DNA of 64,000 nucleotides, taken from positions 7,899 to 71,898 of the forward strand of contig JBBRFL010000008.1 of NCBI GenBank assembly GCA_038224325.1. The letters run 5' to 3'. The DNA comes from Thermoanaerobaculia bacterium (GTDB lineage: Bacteria; Acidobacteriota; Thermoanaerobaculia; UBA5066; Gp7-AA6). Position 1 is the stretch's first letter. The number at the start of each line of letters is the position of its first letter. The translations under genes were made by a program, and so were the position numbers. Below, piece after piece: positions 1 through 10,982 of this stretch. The notes beneath the pieces were generated by a model that was given only the letters and a program-made list of their open reading frames with translations, was not told where the DNA came from and did not search any database.

Positions 1-1926
1 GATCTCGACGATTTCCTGGACCCCGGCGAGGCCATCACGTGCACGGCGACTTACGTCGTGACCCCGGCAGACGTGTCGGCGAAGTTCGTCACGAACGTTG
101 CCTTCGCCACCGTATCCGGCGTCAACTCGCCGACCGACAGTCGGACCGTGCCGCTGCTGGCTCCGCCGACGATCGGGAAGTCGTTCGCGAGCTCGACCGT
201 CGCGCTGGGGGCCAACGTCAACATGAACCTGGTCTTGACCAACCCGGGCGGCTCAACGCTGACCGGGTTGTCCTTCATGGACACGCTGCCAACCGGACTG
301 ACCGCCCCGAACGGGACGACGGCAACCTGCGGGGGAAGCCTCGTCATCACCGGCAACAGCCTCTTGAACTTCTCCGGTGGGACGTTGGCCGGCGGCGCCA
401 GCTGCACGATCACCGTGAGCGTGACCGGAACTACCGCCGGGGTAAAGAACAATACGACCGGACCAATCAGCTCGAATGAGACGGGTGTCGGGGCTACGTC
501 GAACACAGCGACGGTCACGGTCCTCGCGCCGCCCACGGCGGTCAAGCTGTTCGCGCCCAACCCGATCGTGACGAACGCGGTCTCGGTCCTCACGATCACG
601 CTGTCGAACGCGAATCCGCTCGCGATCACCGGCGCCGCCTTCAACGACGTCTATCCGGCTGGCCTGATCAACGCGACGCCCGCCAATCCCCTGACGACCT
701 GCCCGGGCGGGACGGCGACTGCCGCCAACGGCGGCAACTCACTGTCGCTCTCGGGCGCGACGGTTCCTCCGGCGGGCAACTGCGCGGTCACGGTCAACGT
801 GACTAGTGCCACCGCGGGAAGCTACCTTAACGCCACCGGACCGATCACTACGGGAAACGCCGGGACCGCAGCCTCCGCGAGCGCGACGCTGGTCGTCAAC
901 ACACCCACACCCACACCCACGCCCACTCCGACAGCGACCCCCACCCCGACGGCGACGCCGACTCCGACCAGCACCCCGACGAGCACTCCCACACCGACGC
1001 CGACGAGTACGCCAACGAGCACGCCGACCAACACACCCACGAATACTCCGACCCACACGCCGACCCTCACTCCAACCAATACCCCGACCAACACTCCGAC
1101 CAATACACCCACCCATACGCCGACCGCGACCCCGACTCTCACGCCGACGAACACTCCGACGAACACGGCGACCAGTACGCCGACGAACACGCCCACCGAT
1201 ACGCCCACGACCACTCCGACTCAGACGCCCACCCGAACGTTGACCAGCACCCCGACCAACACGACCACCAATACGCCCACGACCACTCCGACACTCACTC
1301 CCACTGCCACCGCGAGTCCGACTCAAAGCCCCAGCCCGAGCTCGACACCGACGGTGACGAACACGGTCACCCGCACTCCGACCACGACGCCGACGGCCGC
1401 GCCCGGCACGCCGACCGCGACTCCGACGGTGGGATCCGGAACCCCCACGCCCAGCCCGACCCCCGCCGTATCCGCGGATCTCGCGATCGAGAAGACGGCC
1501 TCTCCGGACCGTCCGATCCCCGGGGCGGACCTCGTTTACACCTTGACGGTGACGAACCTGGGGCCGGCGGTCGCGACCGGCGTCCAGGTCACCGACCCGC
1601 TCCCCTCCGGAGTGACCTTCGTGAGCGCGACGCCGTCTCAGGGGACCTGCACCGGCGGCACGACGGTCTCGTGCGACCTCGGCACCCTCGCGTCGGGCTC
1701 GACGGCGACGATCTCGATCGTCGTGCACGTCGGGATCGGGGGCCCCTTGGTCAATCGCGCCACGGTAAGCGGAAACGAGCCGGATCCCAACGGTTCCAAC
1801 GATTCCTCGACCGCGATCACGACGATCGAGGGGTCCAGCATCCCGACGCTCTCGGGCCTGGGGCTGCTCGTCCTGGCCGCCGGCCTTCTCGGCATCGCGC
1901 GCCTCCTGCTGCGCGGCGGCGAGTAG
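1..1926 (+). CDS. Secreted cell-surface repeat protein, 5-prime partial, with tandem Ig-like/DUF11-type modules, a Thr/Pro linker of about 190 aa and an IPTL-CTERM-like sorting signal
   Basis: Frame 1 is open from nt 1 ([20 protein letters not shown]...), so the listed ATG at 58 is internal. There are repeated modules of about 120 aa ([10 protein letters not shown]...TLPTGL...TCGG...[13 protein letters not shown] and [10 protein letters not shown]...[12 protein letters not shown]). A DUF11-like module follows ([12 protein letters not shown]...[32 protein letters not shown]...[15 protein letters not shown]). The C-terminus is [28 protein letters not shown]: motif, hydrophobic helix, then basic tail. 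Confidence 0.8.
   Translation, partial: DLDDFLDPGEAITCTATYVVTPADVSAKFVTNVAFATVSGVNSPTDSRTVPLLAPPTIGKSFASSTVALGANVNMNLVLTNPGGSTLTGLSFMDTLPTGLTAPNGTTATCGGSLVITGNSLLNFSGGTLAGGASCTITVSVTGTTAGVKNNTTGPISSNETGVGATSNTATVTVLAPPTAVKLFAPNPIVTNAVSVLTITLSNANPLAITGAAFNDVYPAGLINATPANPLTTCPGGTATAANGGNSLSLSGATVPPAGNCAVTVNVTSATAGSYLNATGPITTGNAGTAASASATLVVNTPTPTPTPTPTATPTPTATPTPTSTPTSTPTPTPTSTPTSTPTNTPTNTPTHTPTLTPTNTPTNTPTNTPTHTPTATPTLTPTNTPTNTATSTPTNTPTDTPTTTPTQTPTRTLTSTPTNTTTNTPTTTPTLTPTATASPTQSPSPSSTPTVTNTVTRTPTTTPTAAPGTPTATPTVGSGTPTPSPTPAVSADLAIEKTASPDRPIPGADLVYTLTVTNLGPAVATGVQVTDPLPSGVTFVSATPSQGTCTGGTTVSCDLGTLASGSTATISIVVHVGIGGPLVNRATVSGNEPDPNGSNDSSTAITTIEGSSIPTLSGLGLLVLAAGLLGIARLLLRGGE
901..1465 (+). repeat. 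Imperfect tandem repeat encoding a (T-P-T-x)n low-complexity linker inside the surface protein
   Basis: The translation reads [72 protein letters not shown]... for about 190 residues. The DNA shows a 6/12-nt period (acNccgacc-type units). Confidence 0.9.
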
Positions 1927-2033
1927 AGCGCTCGGCGAGCCCTCTCTCCCCCCGACTCATTCGTCCGGTCTTCCTCTCGAAGTGATAGGTAGAGAGCCCG
2001 CAGTTCCCCAGACGACTACAGGAAGGAGAGAAC

Positions 2034-2519
2034 ATGGCTGAAAACGTCAAACCCATTCCGGAGGGCTACCACCGCGTGACGCCGTACCTGGTCGTCCAGG
2101 GAGCGGCCGACGCGATCGCTTTCTACAAGAGGGTTTTCGGCGCGATCGAGACCGTGCGGATGCCGGCGCCGGGAGGAAAGGTCGGCCACGCGGAGATCCA
2201 GCTCGGCGACTCGACGATCATGCTCGCCGACGAGGTGCCGAACATGGGACACCGCGCCCCGAAGTCGCTCGGAGGTTCGCCCGTCTCGCTGGTCCTCTAC
2301 GTCGAGGACGTGGATCGCACGGTCGAGCAGGCCGTGGCGGCCGGGGCCCGGCTGACGCGCCCCGTCGCCGACCAGTTCTATGGCGACCGGACCGGCGGGC
2401 TCGAGGACCCCTTCGGCCATCAGTGGTACATCGCGACCCACATCGAAGACGTCTCTCCCGAGGAGATGAAGAAGCGCGCGGCGGCTGTGGCCGACACTTC
2501 GTCTTCAGCCGCCGGATGA
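2034..2519 (+). CDS. VOC (glyoxalase/bleomycin-resistance/PhnB-like) family protein
   Basis: 161-aa ORF with a strong SD (ggaaggagagaac-ATG). The sequence IPEGYHRVTPYLVVQGAADAIAFYKRVFGA...GHAEIQLGDSTIMLADE...DRTGGLEDPFGHQWYIATH is typical of PhnB-like VOC proteins. Confidence 0.8.
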   Translation: MAENVKPIPEGYHRVTPYLVVQGAADAIAFYKRVFGAIETVRMPAPGGKVGHAEIQLGDSTIMLADEVPNMGHRAPKSLGGSPVSLVLYVEDVDRTVEQAVAAGARLTRPVADQFYGDRTGGLEDPFGHQWYIATHIEDVSPEEMKKRAAAVADTSSSAAG

Positions 2520-2572
2520 CGGTAGGGACTCAGGCCCGAAGGATCTTGCGGCCCCAATAACTCTTCGCTCCG

Positions 2573-2592
2573 GTCGGCGCGTCGAGCGCCGC
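2573..2592. repeat. Copy 1 of a conserved intergenic hairpin element (GTCGGCGCGTCGAGCGCCGC)
   Basis: The 20-nt core is identical to 19571..19590. The flanks are also similar (2561-2600 versus 19559-19598). The core folds as a 6-bp stem CGGCGC/GCGCCG with loop GTCGA. Confidence 0.7.
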
Positions 2593-2607
2593 TCAAAGAG
2601 TCGTACC

Positions 2608-3663
2608 ATGGACCGCATGGACGCCGTTCTCGAAGAGCTCGAGAGGGCCGCAGCGACCGGCCTGATCCCCCCCGGCAGCACCGTGCTGCTCGCCGTCTCC
2701 GGAGGAGCCGACAGCATGGCGCTCCTGCACGGAGCCGCGGAGTCGGCGCCACGCACCGGCTGGCGCCTCTCGGTGGGCCACGTGCACCACGGCTGGCGGG
2801 GGCGCGCCGCGGATCGCGACCTCGCCTTCGTCGCGGACCACGCCCGGCGGCTGCGGCTCGCCTTCGCGTCCCGCCGCCGCGACGCCCGGAGGGCCGCCTC
2901 CGAGCTCGGGCTGTCCCCCGAGGCCGGCGCGCGGCACGTCCGCTACGCGGCGCTGGCGGACATGGCAAGCGCTAACGGCGCGAGCCGGATCGCCACGGCC
3001 CACCAGCGAGAGGACGCGATCGAGTCCCACGCGATCGCCGTCGAGCGGAGCGGCGGGCTCGCGGGACTGGCGGGCCCGCGCGAACGGCGGGAGGACGGCG
3101 TCGTGCGCCCCCTCCTGTCGGTCTCGCGGACGCAGATCCTGGCCTTCCTGGCCACGCGCGGGCTCGGCTTTCGCCGCGACGCCTCCAATGGGGACCTCCG
3201 CCTGACCCGCAACCGCGTCCGGAGAGCGCTCGCCGCGGCGCCGGAGGAGACGCTCGCCGCGATGGCGCGAGAGGTCGCGCGCCTGTCGGTCGAGCGGACG
3301 CGTCTCGATCGGGATTGCGCCCGGGTCCTCGCAGACGTCCGGGCGGCGGGCGGGGCCGTGATCGCCGACGCGGAGACCCTCGCGCGATGCCCGGAGCAGC
3401 TCCAACGCGTGGCCCTCGAGCGGCTCGCGGCGGCATTCGCGCGCCCCGGGCGCGCCCCCATGACCGGCCGGGAGCGCGAACAGATCCGGGAGCTCCTCGC
3501 GTCCGGCCGCGATTTCCGCTTCGAGGCGGGCCGTCACATTCGCTTCGAGCGGCGTGGGCGCGATCTCCGAGTGGGTCCGCGGACGTCTTCGATTCGGGCG
3601 GCGGTGTACCATCGCCCGGCCAGGACCGCGACCGAGGCGGAGGCCGGAGAAGGGGCACCGTGA
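2608..3663 (+). CDS. tilS: tRNA(Ile)-lysidine synthase
   Basis: PP-loop motif LLAVSGGADSMALLH. It has the right length and the classic tilS-hpt-ftsH synteny. Confidence 0.9.
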   Translation: MDRMDAVLEELERAAATGLIPPGSTVLLAVSGGADSMALLHGAAESAPRTGWRLSVGHVHHGWRGRAADRDLAFVADHARRLRLAFASRRRDARRAASELGLSPEAGARHVRYAALADMASANGASRIATAHQREDAIESHAIAVERSGGLAGLAGPRERREDGVVRPLLSVSRTQILAFLATRGLGFRRDASNGDLRLTRNRVRRALAAAPEETLAAMAREVARLSVERTRLDRDCARVLADVRAAGGAVIADAETLARCPEQLQRVALERLAAAFARPGRAPMTGREREQIRELLASGRDFRFEAGRHIRFERRGRDLRVGPRTSSIRAAVYHRPARTATEAEAGEGAP

Positions 3664-4175
3664 AGCTCGAAATGCGCCATGATTCCCGCCGGATCGCGGA
3701 GCGCGTTGAGGCCGTGGCCGGGGAGATCGACGGACAGCTCCGCGGCCGCTCGCTCGTGCTGGTGTCGATCCTGAAGGGATCGGCATTCTTCATGGCGGAT
3801 CTGGCTCGGAGGCTCCACGGCTCCTTCTCCTGCCAGTACCTCCACGTGCGGCGCGTCGAGGGGGCCCACGACGTCCTCCAGATCGACTTCACGACGGGAT
3901 TCACCGTGCGCGAGCGGCACGTCGTGCTGCTGAAAGACGTCGTGCACACGGGGGTCATCGAGACGTATTTGATGGACCAGCTCCGATCGGAGGGAGCCGA
4001 GTCCCTGTCGCTGGCCGCCATCGTGGACAAGCCGCTCGACCGCAAGACCAACGTGTCCGTGGACTTTCCCCTCTTCCAGGCGGAGGGGGGCGGGGTCTTC
4101 GCTGGATACGGAATGGAATACGAGGGCCTCTATGGGCATCGGCCCGACATCTTCGAGGTCCTTCCGGAGCAATAA
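3660..4175 (+). CDS. hpt: Hypoxanthine phosphoribosyltransferase
   Basis: The GTG at 3660 overlaps the tilS stop (GTGA). An ATG at 3672 is an alternative start. PRTase motifs VLLKDVVHTGVIETYL and LVSILKGSAFFMADL are present. The upstream part of track ORF 3315..4175 is Arg/Pro junk. Confidence 0.85.
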   Translation: MKLEMRHDSRRIAERVEAVAGEIDGQLRGRSLVLVSILKGSAFFMADLARRLHGSFSCQYLHVRRVEGAHDVLQIDFTTGFTVRERHVVLLKDVVHTGVIETYLMDQLRSEGAESLSLAAIVDKPLDRKTNVSVDFPLFQAEGGGVFAGYGMEYEGLYGHRPDIFEVLPEQ

Positions 4176-4232
4176 ACTCCCGCCGGAGTCCGTTATGCTC
4201 AGAGGTCGGGACCACCCCGGGAAGGAGACCTG

Positions 4233-6146
<1,914 letters not shown>

Positions 6147-6150
6147 GCGC

Positions 6151-6642
6151 ATGGCCTTCGCCGAGACCTTCCTTCCCGAGTTCGACTTCGAGATGAAGTC
6201 GACGCGCAGGCTCTTGGAGCGCGTCCCGGCGGACCGGCTGGACTGGAAGCCGCACCCGAAGTCCCGGAGCCTGCGCGAGATGGCCACCCACGTCACGGAG
6301 CTGCCGCGCTGGGGGGTTCGGTTCGAGAAGGAGAGCTTCCAGGTCGGAAGCGAAGCGGCGCCGAAGATGTCCAGCGCGGCGGAGTTCCTGGCGCGGTTCG
6401 ACCAGAACGTCGCGGACAGCCGCGCCGCCATCTCCCGCCGGACGGACGAGGAGCTGCGAGGAGACTTCCGGGTCCTCAAGCCGAATGGAGAGACGTTCTT
6501 CCACGGACCGCGACAGTCCCTCATGCGAAGCGCGCTGCTGAGCCATCTGATCCACCACCGCGGCCAGCTGACGGTCTACCTGCGGCTATGCGACGTGCCG
6601 CTGCCCTCCGTCTACGGCCCGACCGCCGACGAACCCCTCTAG
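6151..6642 (+). CDS. DinB-family (DinB_2-like) four-helix-bundle protein
   Basis: 163 aa. The sequence FEMKSTRRLLERVPADRLDWKPHPKSRSLREMATHVTELPRW...LLSHLIHHRGQLTVYLR fits the DinB-superfamily His pattern. Confidence 0.7.
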   Translation: MAFAETFLPEFDFEMKSTRRLLERVPADRLDWKPHPKSRSLREMATHVTELPRWGVRFEKESFQVGSEAAPKMSSAAEFLARFDQNVADSRAAISRRTDEELRGDFRVLKPNGETFFHGPRQSLMRSALLSHLIHHRGQLTVYLRLCDVPLPSVYGPTADEPL

Positions 6643-6887
6643 CTCCTGGCGGGCAACGCGCCCCAGTTCCTCGGCGGCGGCGCGGCTCGCGACGTCCCGA
6701 TGGTCGGTCAGCGTTCCGGAGTCGAGTCGGGACAGCTCCGCCTCCAGGCGCGAGAGCGCAGCGCGGTCGCCGCGATAATCGGCGGACCGGACCTCGGCGA
6801 CGAGGTCGGAGAGACGGGACTGCGTCTTCTGCGCCGCCGGAGACGGCGCAAGGAGCGAGAGGGCGGGTGTCGATGCGCGAGGTCCAT
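6586..6887 (-). pseudogene. Possible small coiled-coil protein gene interrupted by a frameshift, or a sequencing indel
   Basis: The ATG at 6887 has a strong SD 6 nt upstream (caGGAGGactccgATG). Its own frame gives Arg-rich junk ending at 6708. The adjacent frame is open from 6987 to 6589 without any ATG/GTG/TTG. It encodes a plausible peptide: ...LSLLAPSPAAQKTQSRLSDLVAEVRSADYRGDRAALSRLEAELSRLDSGTLTDHRDVASRAAAEELGRVARQ.... One added base would join the two frames. Confidence 0.3.
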
Positions 6888-7019
6888 CGGAGTCCTCCTG
6901 AGCGCTCTTATAGTGCCTCGCGCGCCCGAGGAACGCCGCCTCTCGGCGAAGGGGGCCTCTGCTCGCCCGGCGTGGCGGGACGGGAGATCAACGGCGCCGC
7001 CATCCACTAGACTCCGGCC

Positions 7020-8162
7020 GTGACCCTGCCGGCCGATCTCGTCATTCCCGCGGCCGACATGGCCCTCCTCAGGGAGATCGCGTCGTGGGACTCCGTCCGG
7101 CTGGCGAGCTTCGCCGCGTCCGACTTCCCGGTCGACGTGGTCCGGTTCGAGGGCTCCACGTCGCCTCCCGTGGCCGTCTCGCGGGCCCGGCGCGCCGAGA
7201 CCCTCAAGGCGATGCCGGCGAGCCTCCGCGAGCGCGCGCAGGCCGCGTTCGATCGGGCCGCCCGCGCCCCGGCTCACCTCGCGCTTGCCCACGGCCGCCA
7301 CCTGGACCTCTCCGGCGGCCCGGCCGTCATGGGGGTCGTCAACGTCACTCCGGATTCCTTCTCGGACGGAGGCCTGCATCTCGATCCCGCGCGCGCGATC
7401 GAACGGGCCCTCGAGATGTACGCGGAGGGAGCGGCCATCGTCGACGTCGGCGGGGAATCCACGCGGCCGCCGGCGTACGGCGAGGCGGTGGAGCTGTCGG
7501 CGGACGAGGAGACCTCCCGCGTGCGACCCGTGATCGCCGGAATCCGCGCCCGAACGGACGCCCCGCTGTCGATCGACACCCGCAAGGAGGCCGTGGCCCG
7601 CGAAGCGCTGTCGGCCGGGGCCGACCTGGTCAACGACGTCTCCGGAGGCCGGTACGACGAGACCCTGATCGCCGCCGTCGCGGAGCACGGCGGTGGCGCT
7701 ATCCTCATGCACATGAAGGGCACCGATCCCCGCCGGATGCAGGACGACCTGCGCTACGACCATCCCCTGGGCGATGTCGCCTCGTATCTTGCGCGGGCGG
7801 CGGACCGAGCGATCGGCGCGGGGGTCTCGACCGGCGCGATCGCCGTGGATCCCGGCCTGGGCTTCGGCAAGAGCCTCGAGGGAAACCTCACCCTCCTGCG
7901 CCACCTCGCGGCCTTTCGCTCCCTGGGCTTTCCCCTCTGCGTCGGAGCGTCGCGGAAGGGGTTCGTCCGCCGATTCTCCGGCGTCACGGAGGACGGGCCC
8001 GTCGCCGACCGCCTCCCCGGTTCCCTGGCAGCCCTCGCGGCGGCCGTCGCCGGCGGCGCCGCGATCGTGCGCGTGCACGACGTGCCGGAGTCGGTTCGAT
8101 TCGTGCGCATGCTGCTCGCGATCGACCGGACGTCTCCGGCAGCCGAGGCGCCCGTCCGGTGA
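7020..8162 (+). CDS. folP: Dihydropteroate synthase, with an N-terminal extension of about 100 aa if the GTG at 7020 is used
   Basis: Contains MGVVNVTPDSFSDGG, DVGGESTRP, SIDT, NDVSG and GASRKGF. An in-frame stop lies at 7008-7010. An internal ATG at 7212 is an alternative start. Confidence 0.9.
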   Translation: MTLPADLVIPAADMALLREIASWDSVRLASFAASDFPVDVVRFEGSTSPPVAVSRARRAETLKAMPASLRERAQAAFDRAARAPAHLALAHGRHLDLSGGPAVMGVVNVTPDSFSDGGLHLDPARAIERALEMYAEGAAIVDVGGESTRPPAYGEAVELSADEETSRVRPVIAGIRARTDAPLSIDTRKEAVAREALSAGADLVNDVSGGRYDETLIAAVAEHGGGAILMHMKGTDPRRMQDDLRYDHPLGDVASYLARAADRAIGAGVSTGAIAVDPGLGFGKSLEGNLTLLRHLAAFRSLGFPLCVGASRKGFVRRFSGVTEDGPVADRLPGSLAALAAAVAGGAAIVRVHDVPESVRFVRMLLAIDRTSPAAEAPVR

Positions 8163-8941
8163 TTCAGGACCTCCACTCGCGTTTCGGCGGCCTGGCCCAC
8201 CTGAACTTCAGCTGGCGGGACGCCCTCGACATCCTGATCGTCGCGGTCATCACCTACGGGTTGCTCCGCCTGATCCGAGGAACGCGCGCGGTGCAGATGG
8301 TCCTGGGCCTCTTCGTGATCCTGCTCGTGTACGCCGGCGCGAGCTTCCTGCGGCTCATCGCGCTGACGACGCTCCTGAAGGCGCTCATCTTCTACTTCCC
8401 CTTCGCGATCATCGTGCTCTTCTCCCACGAGCTGCGCCGCGCCCTCGCGGCGTTCGGCCACACCCCCTTCTTCGCGCTCTTCTCCGGGTACCACGCGGAG
8501 GAGACGATCTCCGAGATCGTCCTGGCGATCACGTCACTCTCGGCCCGGCGAGTCGGCGCGCTGATCGTGCTGGAGCGGCGCGAGGGGCTGAAGACGTACG
8601 TGGAGAACGGGTCCCCGATCGACTCGGTCGTCTCCTACGAGCTCCTCGTCACTCTCTTCGCCCCGGGGACGCCCCTCCACGACGGCGCCGTCATCGTCTC
8701 GGGCGACCGCGTGGCGGCGGCCGCCACCTTCCTGCCCCTCTCGCTCAAGGAAGACCTCCCCAAGCGTTACGGCACGCGCCACCGCGCGGCGATCGGGATC
8801 ACGGAAGAGACCGACGCCCTGGCGATCCTCGTGTCCGAGGAGAGGGGGACGGTCTCGCTGTCCCGGGGCGGCGAGCTGCAGGAGGATCTCGACGCGAAGT
8901 CGCTCCGGGACCTCCTCTTCCGCGAGTTCGCGACGCGCTGA
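8159..8941 (+). CDS. cdaA: Diadenylate cyclase CdaA (c-di-AMP synthase)
   Basis: The GTG at 8159 overlaps the folP stop (GTGA). The N-terminus carries three TM helices. The DAC domain has HDGAVIV and GTRHRAAIG. Confidence 0.9.
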   Translation: MIQDLHSRFGGLAHLNFSWRDALDILIVAVITYGLLRLIRGTRAVQMVLGLFVILLVYAGASFLRLIALTTLLKALIFYFPFAIIVLFSHELRRALAAFGHTPFFALFSGYHAEETISEIVLAITSLSARRVGALIVLERREGLKTYVENGSPIDSVVSYELLVTLFAPGTPLHDGAVIVSGDRVAAAATFLPLSLKEDLPKRYGTRHRAAIGITEETDALAILVSEERGTVSLSRGGELQEDLDAKSLRDLLFREFATR

Positions 8942-8943
8942 CG

Positions 8944-9654
8944 ATGCAGATCTCACGCCTCCTCTTCCGGAACCCGGGCACCAAGCTCCTGGCCCTCGTC
9001 ATCGCGTGCGCGGCGTGGTACGTCCTCTCCGGCGAGCGGCGCGAGCGGACCTCGGAGCGGAGCTATCGGATCCCCCTGTCGATCGTGAACATCCCCGCCG
9101 GCACCGTCATCGTCTCTCCCCTGCCCGACGCCCTGGACGTCCGGATCCGGGGATCCTTCACGACCCTCCGCCAGCTCGAGCCGGCCAAGCTCGAGGCCGT
9201 CATCGATTTACTGGGAGCCTCCCAGGGCGAGAAGCGGTACCCGCTGGAGCCGGAGGACATCAACGTACCCCGGGGCGTCGAGGTCATCGCGATCGCTCCC
9301 TCCGAGCTGCGGATCTCTCTCGACGCGGTCGCGGAGAGGATCCTTCCCATCGTGCCGGAGATCACGGGCTCCTCGGTGCCCGGGTCGAACGTCGAGGAGA
9401 TCGCGGTCGAGCCGCGGAACGGCCGCGTGAGCGGGCCCGCCCGGACGCTCGCGCGCCTGACCGCCCTGCGGACCGAGCCGGTGTCCGTCGAGGGCCGGGA
9501 CGGCCCGTTCACGGCGACGACGATCCTGGCAACCCAGCCCGCCGGGGTCCGCGTGCGCGAGGGACAGCTCGTCACGGTCCGCGTCCGGATCCGGCCCGCG
9601 CCGCCGCCGGCTCCGACTCCGCATCCGAGGCCGACGCGCAGGGCGCGACCGTGA
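8944..9654 (+). CDS. cdaR: YbbR-domain CdaA regulatory protein
   Basis: ATG at 8944, 2 nt after cdaA. It has an N-terminal TM helix followed by YbbR-like repeats (RIPLSIVNIPAGTVIVSPLPDALDVRIRG..., VPEITGSSVPGSNVEEIAVEPRNGRVSGP). It occupies the canonical position between cdaA and glmM. Confidence 0.75.
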   Translation: MQISRLLFRNPGTKLLALVIACAAWYVLSGERRERTSERSYRIPLSIVNIPAGTVIVSPLPDALDVRIRGSFTTLRQLEPAKLEAVIDLLGASQGEKRYPLEPEDINVPRGVEVIAIAPSELRISLDAVAERILPIVPEITGSSVPGSNVEEIAVEPRNGRVSGPARTLARLTALRTEPVSVEGRDGPFTATTILATQPAGVRVREGQLVTVRVRIRPAPPPAPTPHPRPTRRARP

Positions 9655-10982
9655 AGCTCTTCGGAACCGACGGGATTCGCGCCCTCGCAGGGGAGTTCCC
9701 TTTGGATCCCGCCTCGATCCGGCTGCTCGGCCGCGAACTCGGGCGCCGGCTCGCGGAGCGGGGAGGCGGGCGGCGGGTCGTACTGGGAGGCGACACGCGC
9801 GAGTCGACTCCGCGGATCGTCGCGGACCTCGCCGCGGGCCTACGCGAAGGCGGCTGCGGGGTCGCCGCCGCGGGCATCATCACGACGCCCGGGGTCGCGG
9901 AGCTCGTGCTCGAGCTCGAGGCGTCCGCGGGCGTCGCCGTGTCCGCCTCGCACAATCCGTACGACGACAACGGGATCAAGATCTTCGGCGCCGACGGGCG
10001 CAAGTGGCCCGACGACCAGGAGGAGTACCTCGAGAAGAAACTGGTCGACGCCCGCTCGGAGCCCGAGGTCGTGACGACACCGCCGCCGCCCGATCCGGAT
10101 CCGGGCCTCATCGCAACCTACGTCTCGCGCCTGAAGGGAAGCGTCCCCGAGAGTCTCCGCGGGCTCCCGGTCCTCCTCGACGCCGGCAACGGCGCCGCGT
10201 TCCAGATCGGGCCGCGCGCGTTCCTCCGCGCGGGCGCCGCGGTCACGTCGATCCACGACGCTCCGGACGGGCGCAACATCAACCGCGACTGCGGGGCGCT
10301 CCACCCGGAGGAGATGGCATCGCAGACGCGCGAGTCGGGGGCGGCGCTCGGGGTCGCGTTCGACGGCGATGCCGATCGGTCCATCTTCGCCGACGAGACC
10401 GGGCGCGTCCTGGACGGCGACGACGTTCTCTGGATCATCGCCCGCGACTGGAAGCGGCAGGGACGCCTGACTCCGGGCGGAGTCGTGGGGACGGTGATGT
10501 CCAACTTCGGGCTCGAATCCGCCCTGGCCCGGGAGGGAATCGCGTTCCGCCGGGCGTCGGTCGGCGACCGCAACGTCGCGAAGACGATGGACGAGTCGGG
10601 AGCCGTGCTCGGCGGCGAGAACTCGGGGCACATCCTGCTCGCTCCCCTGTCCCCGGCGGGCGACGGGATCCTGACCGCGCTCGTGCTCGCTTCGATCGTG
10701 CGCTCGAGCGGCGGGGCGCTCTCGGAGCTCGCCACCCTGGAGAAGGTGCCGCAGACCCTCCGCAACGTCCGCGTGACCCGCCGCGTCGCGATCGAGGACA
10801 TGCCCGCGGTGCGGGAGGCCCTGGCCCGCGCCGAGGACACCCTCCGCGCGCGGGGGCGCGTCTTCCTGAGGTACTCCGGCACCGAACCCCTGCTGCGGAT
10901 CCTGGTCGAGGGCCCCGACGCCGCCGAGGTCGGCGCGATCGCCCGCGACCTCGAGGCGGTGGTCCGGGCCGAGCTGACGTGA
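9651..10982 (+). CDS. glmM: Phosphoglucosamine mutase
   Basis: The GTG at 9651 overlaps the cdaR stop. The N-terminus is VKLFGTDGIRALAGEFPLD. The active-site loop SASHNPYDDNGIK and the motif GGENSGHIL are present. Confidence 0.95.
   Translation: MKLFGTDGIRALAGEFPLDPASIRLLGRELGRRLAERGGGRRVVLGGDTRESTPRIVADLAAGLREGGCGVAAAGIITTPGVAELVLELEASAGVAVSASHNPYDDNGIKIFGADGRKWPDDQEEYLEKKLVDARSEPEVVTTPPPPDPDPGLIATYVSRLKGSVPESLRGLPVLLDAGNGAAFQIGPRAFLRAGAAVTSIHDAPDGRNINRDCGALHPEEMASQTRESGAALGVAFDGDADRSIFADETGRVLDGDDVLWIIARDWKRQGRLTPGGVVGTVMSNFGLESALAREGIAFRRASVGDRNVAKTMDESGAVLGGENSGHILLAPLSPAGDGILTALVLASIVRSSGGALSELATLEKVPQTLRNVRVTRRVAIEDMPAVREALARAEDTLRARGRVFLRYSGTEPLLRILVEGPDAAEVGAIARDLEAVVRAELT

Noticed and set aside
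901-1465. A regular short-period repeat that could be mistaken for a CRISPR array or an intergenic VNTR.
   Set aside because: It lies in frame within a long CDS and encodes a Thr/Pro linker. Its period is 6/12 nt with no unique spacers, and there are no cas genes in the window.
6588-7023. Plus-strand ORFs 6588..7010 and 6700..7023 in the dinB-folP gap.
   Set aside because: The translations are Arg-rich nonsense (RRRRGSRRPDGRS..., RRRRRRKEREGG...). They look like the antisense of the more plausible minus-strand peptide reported separately.
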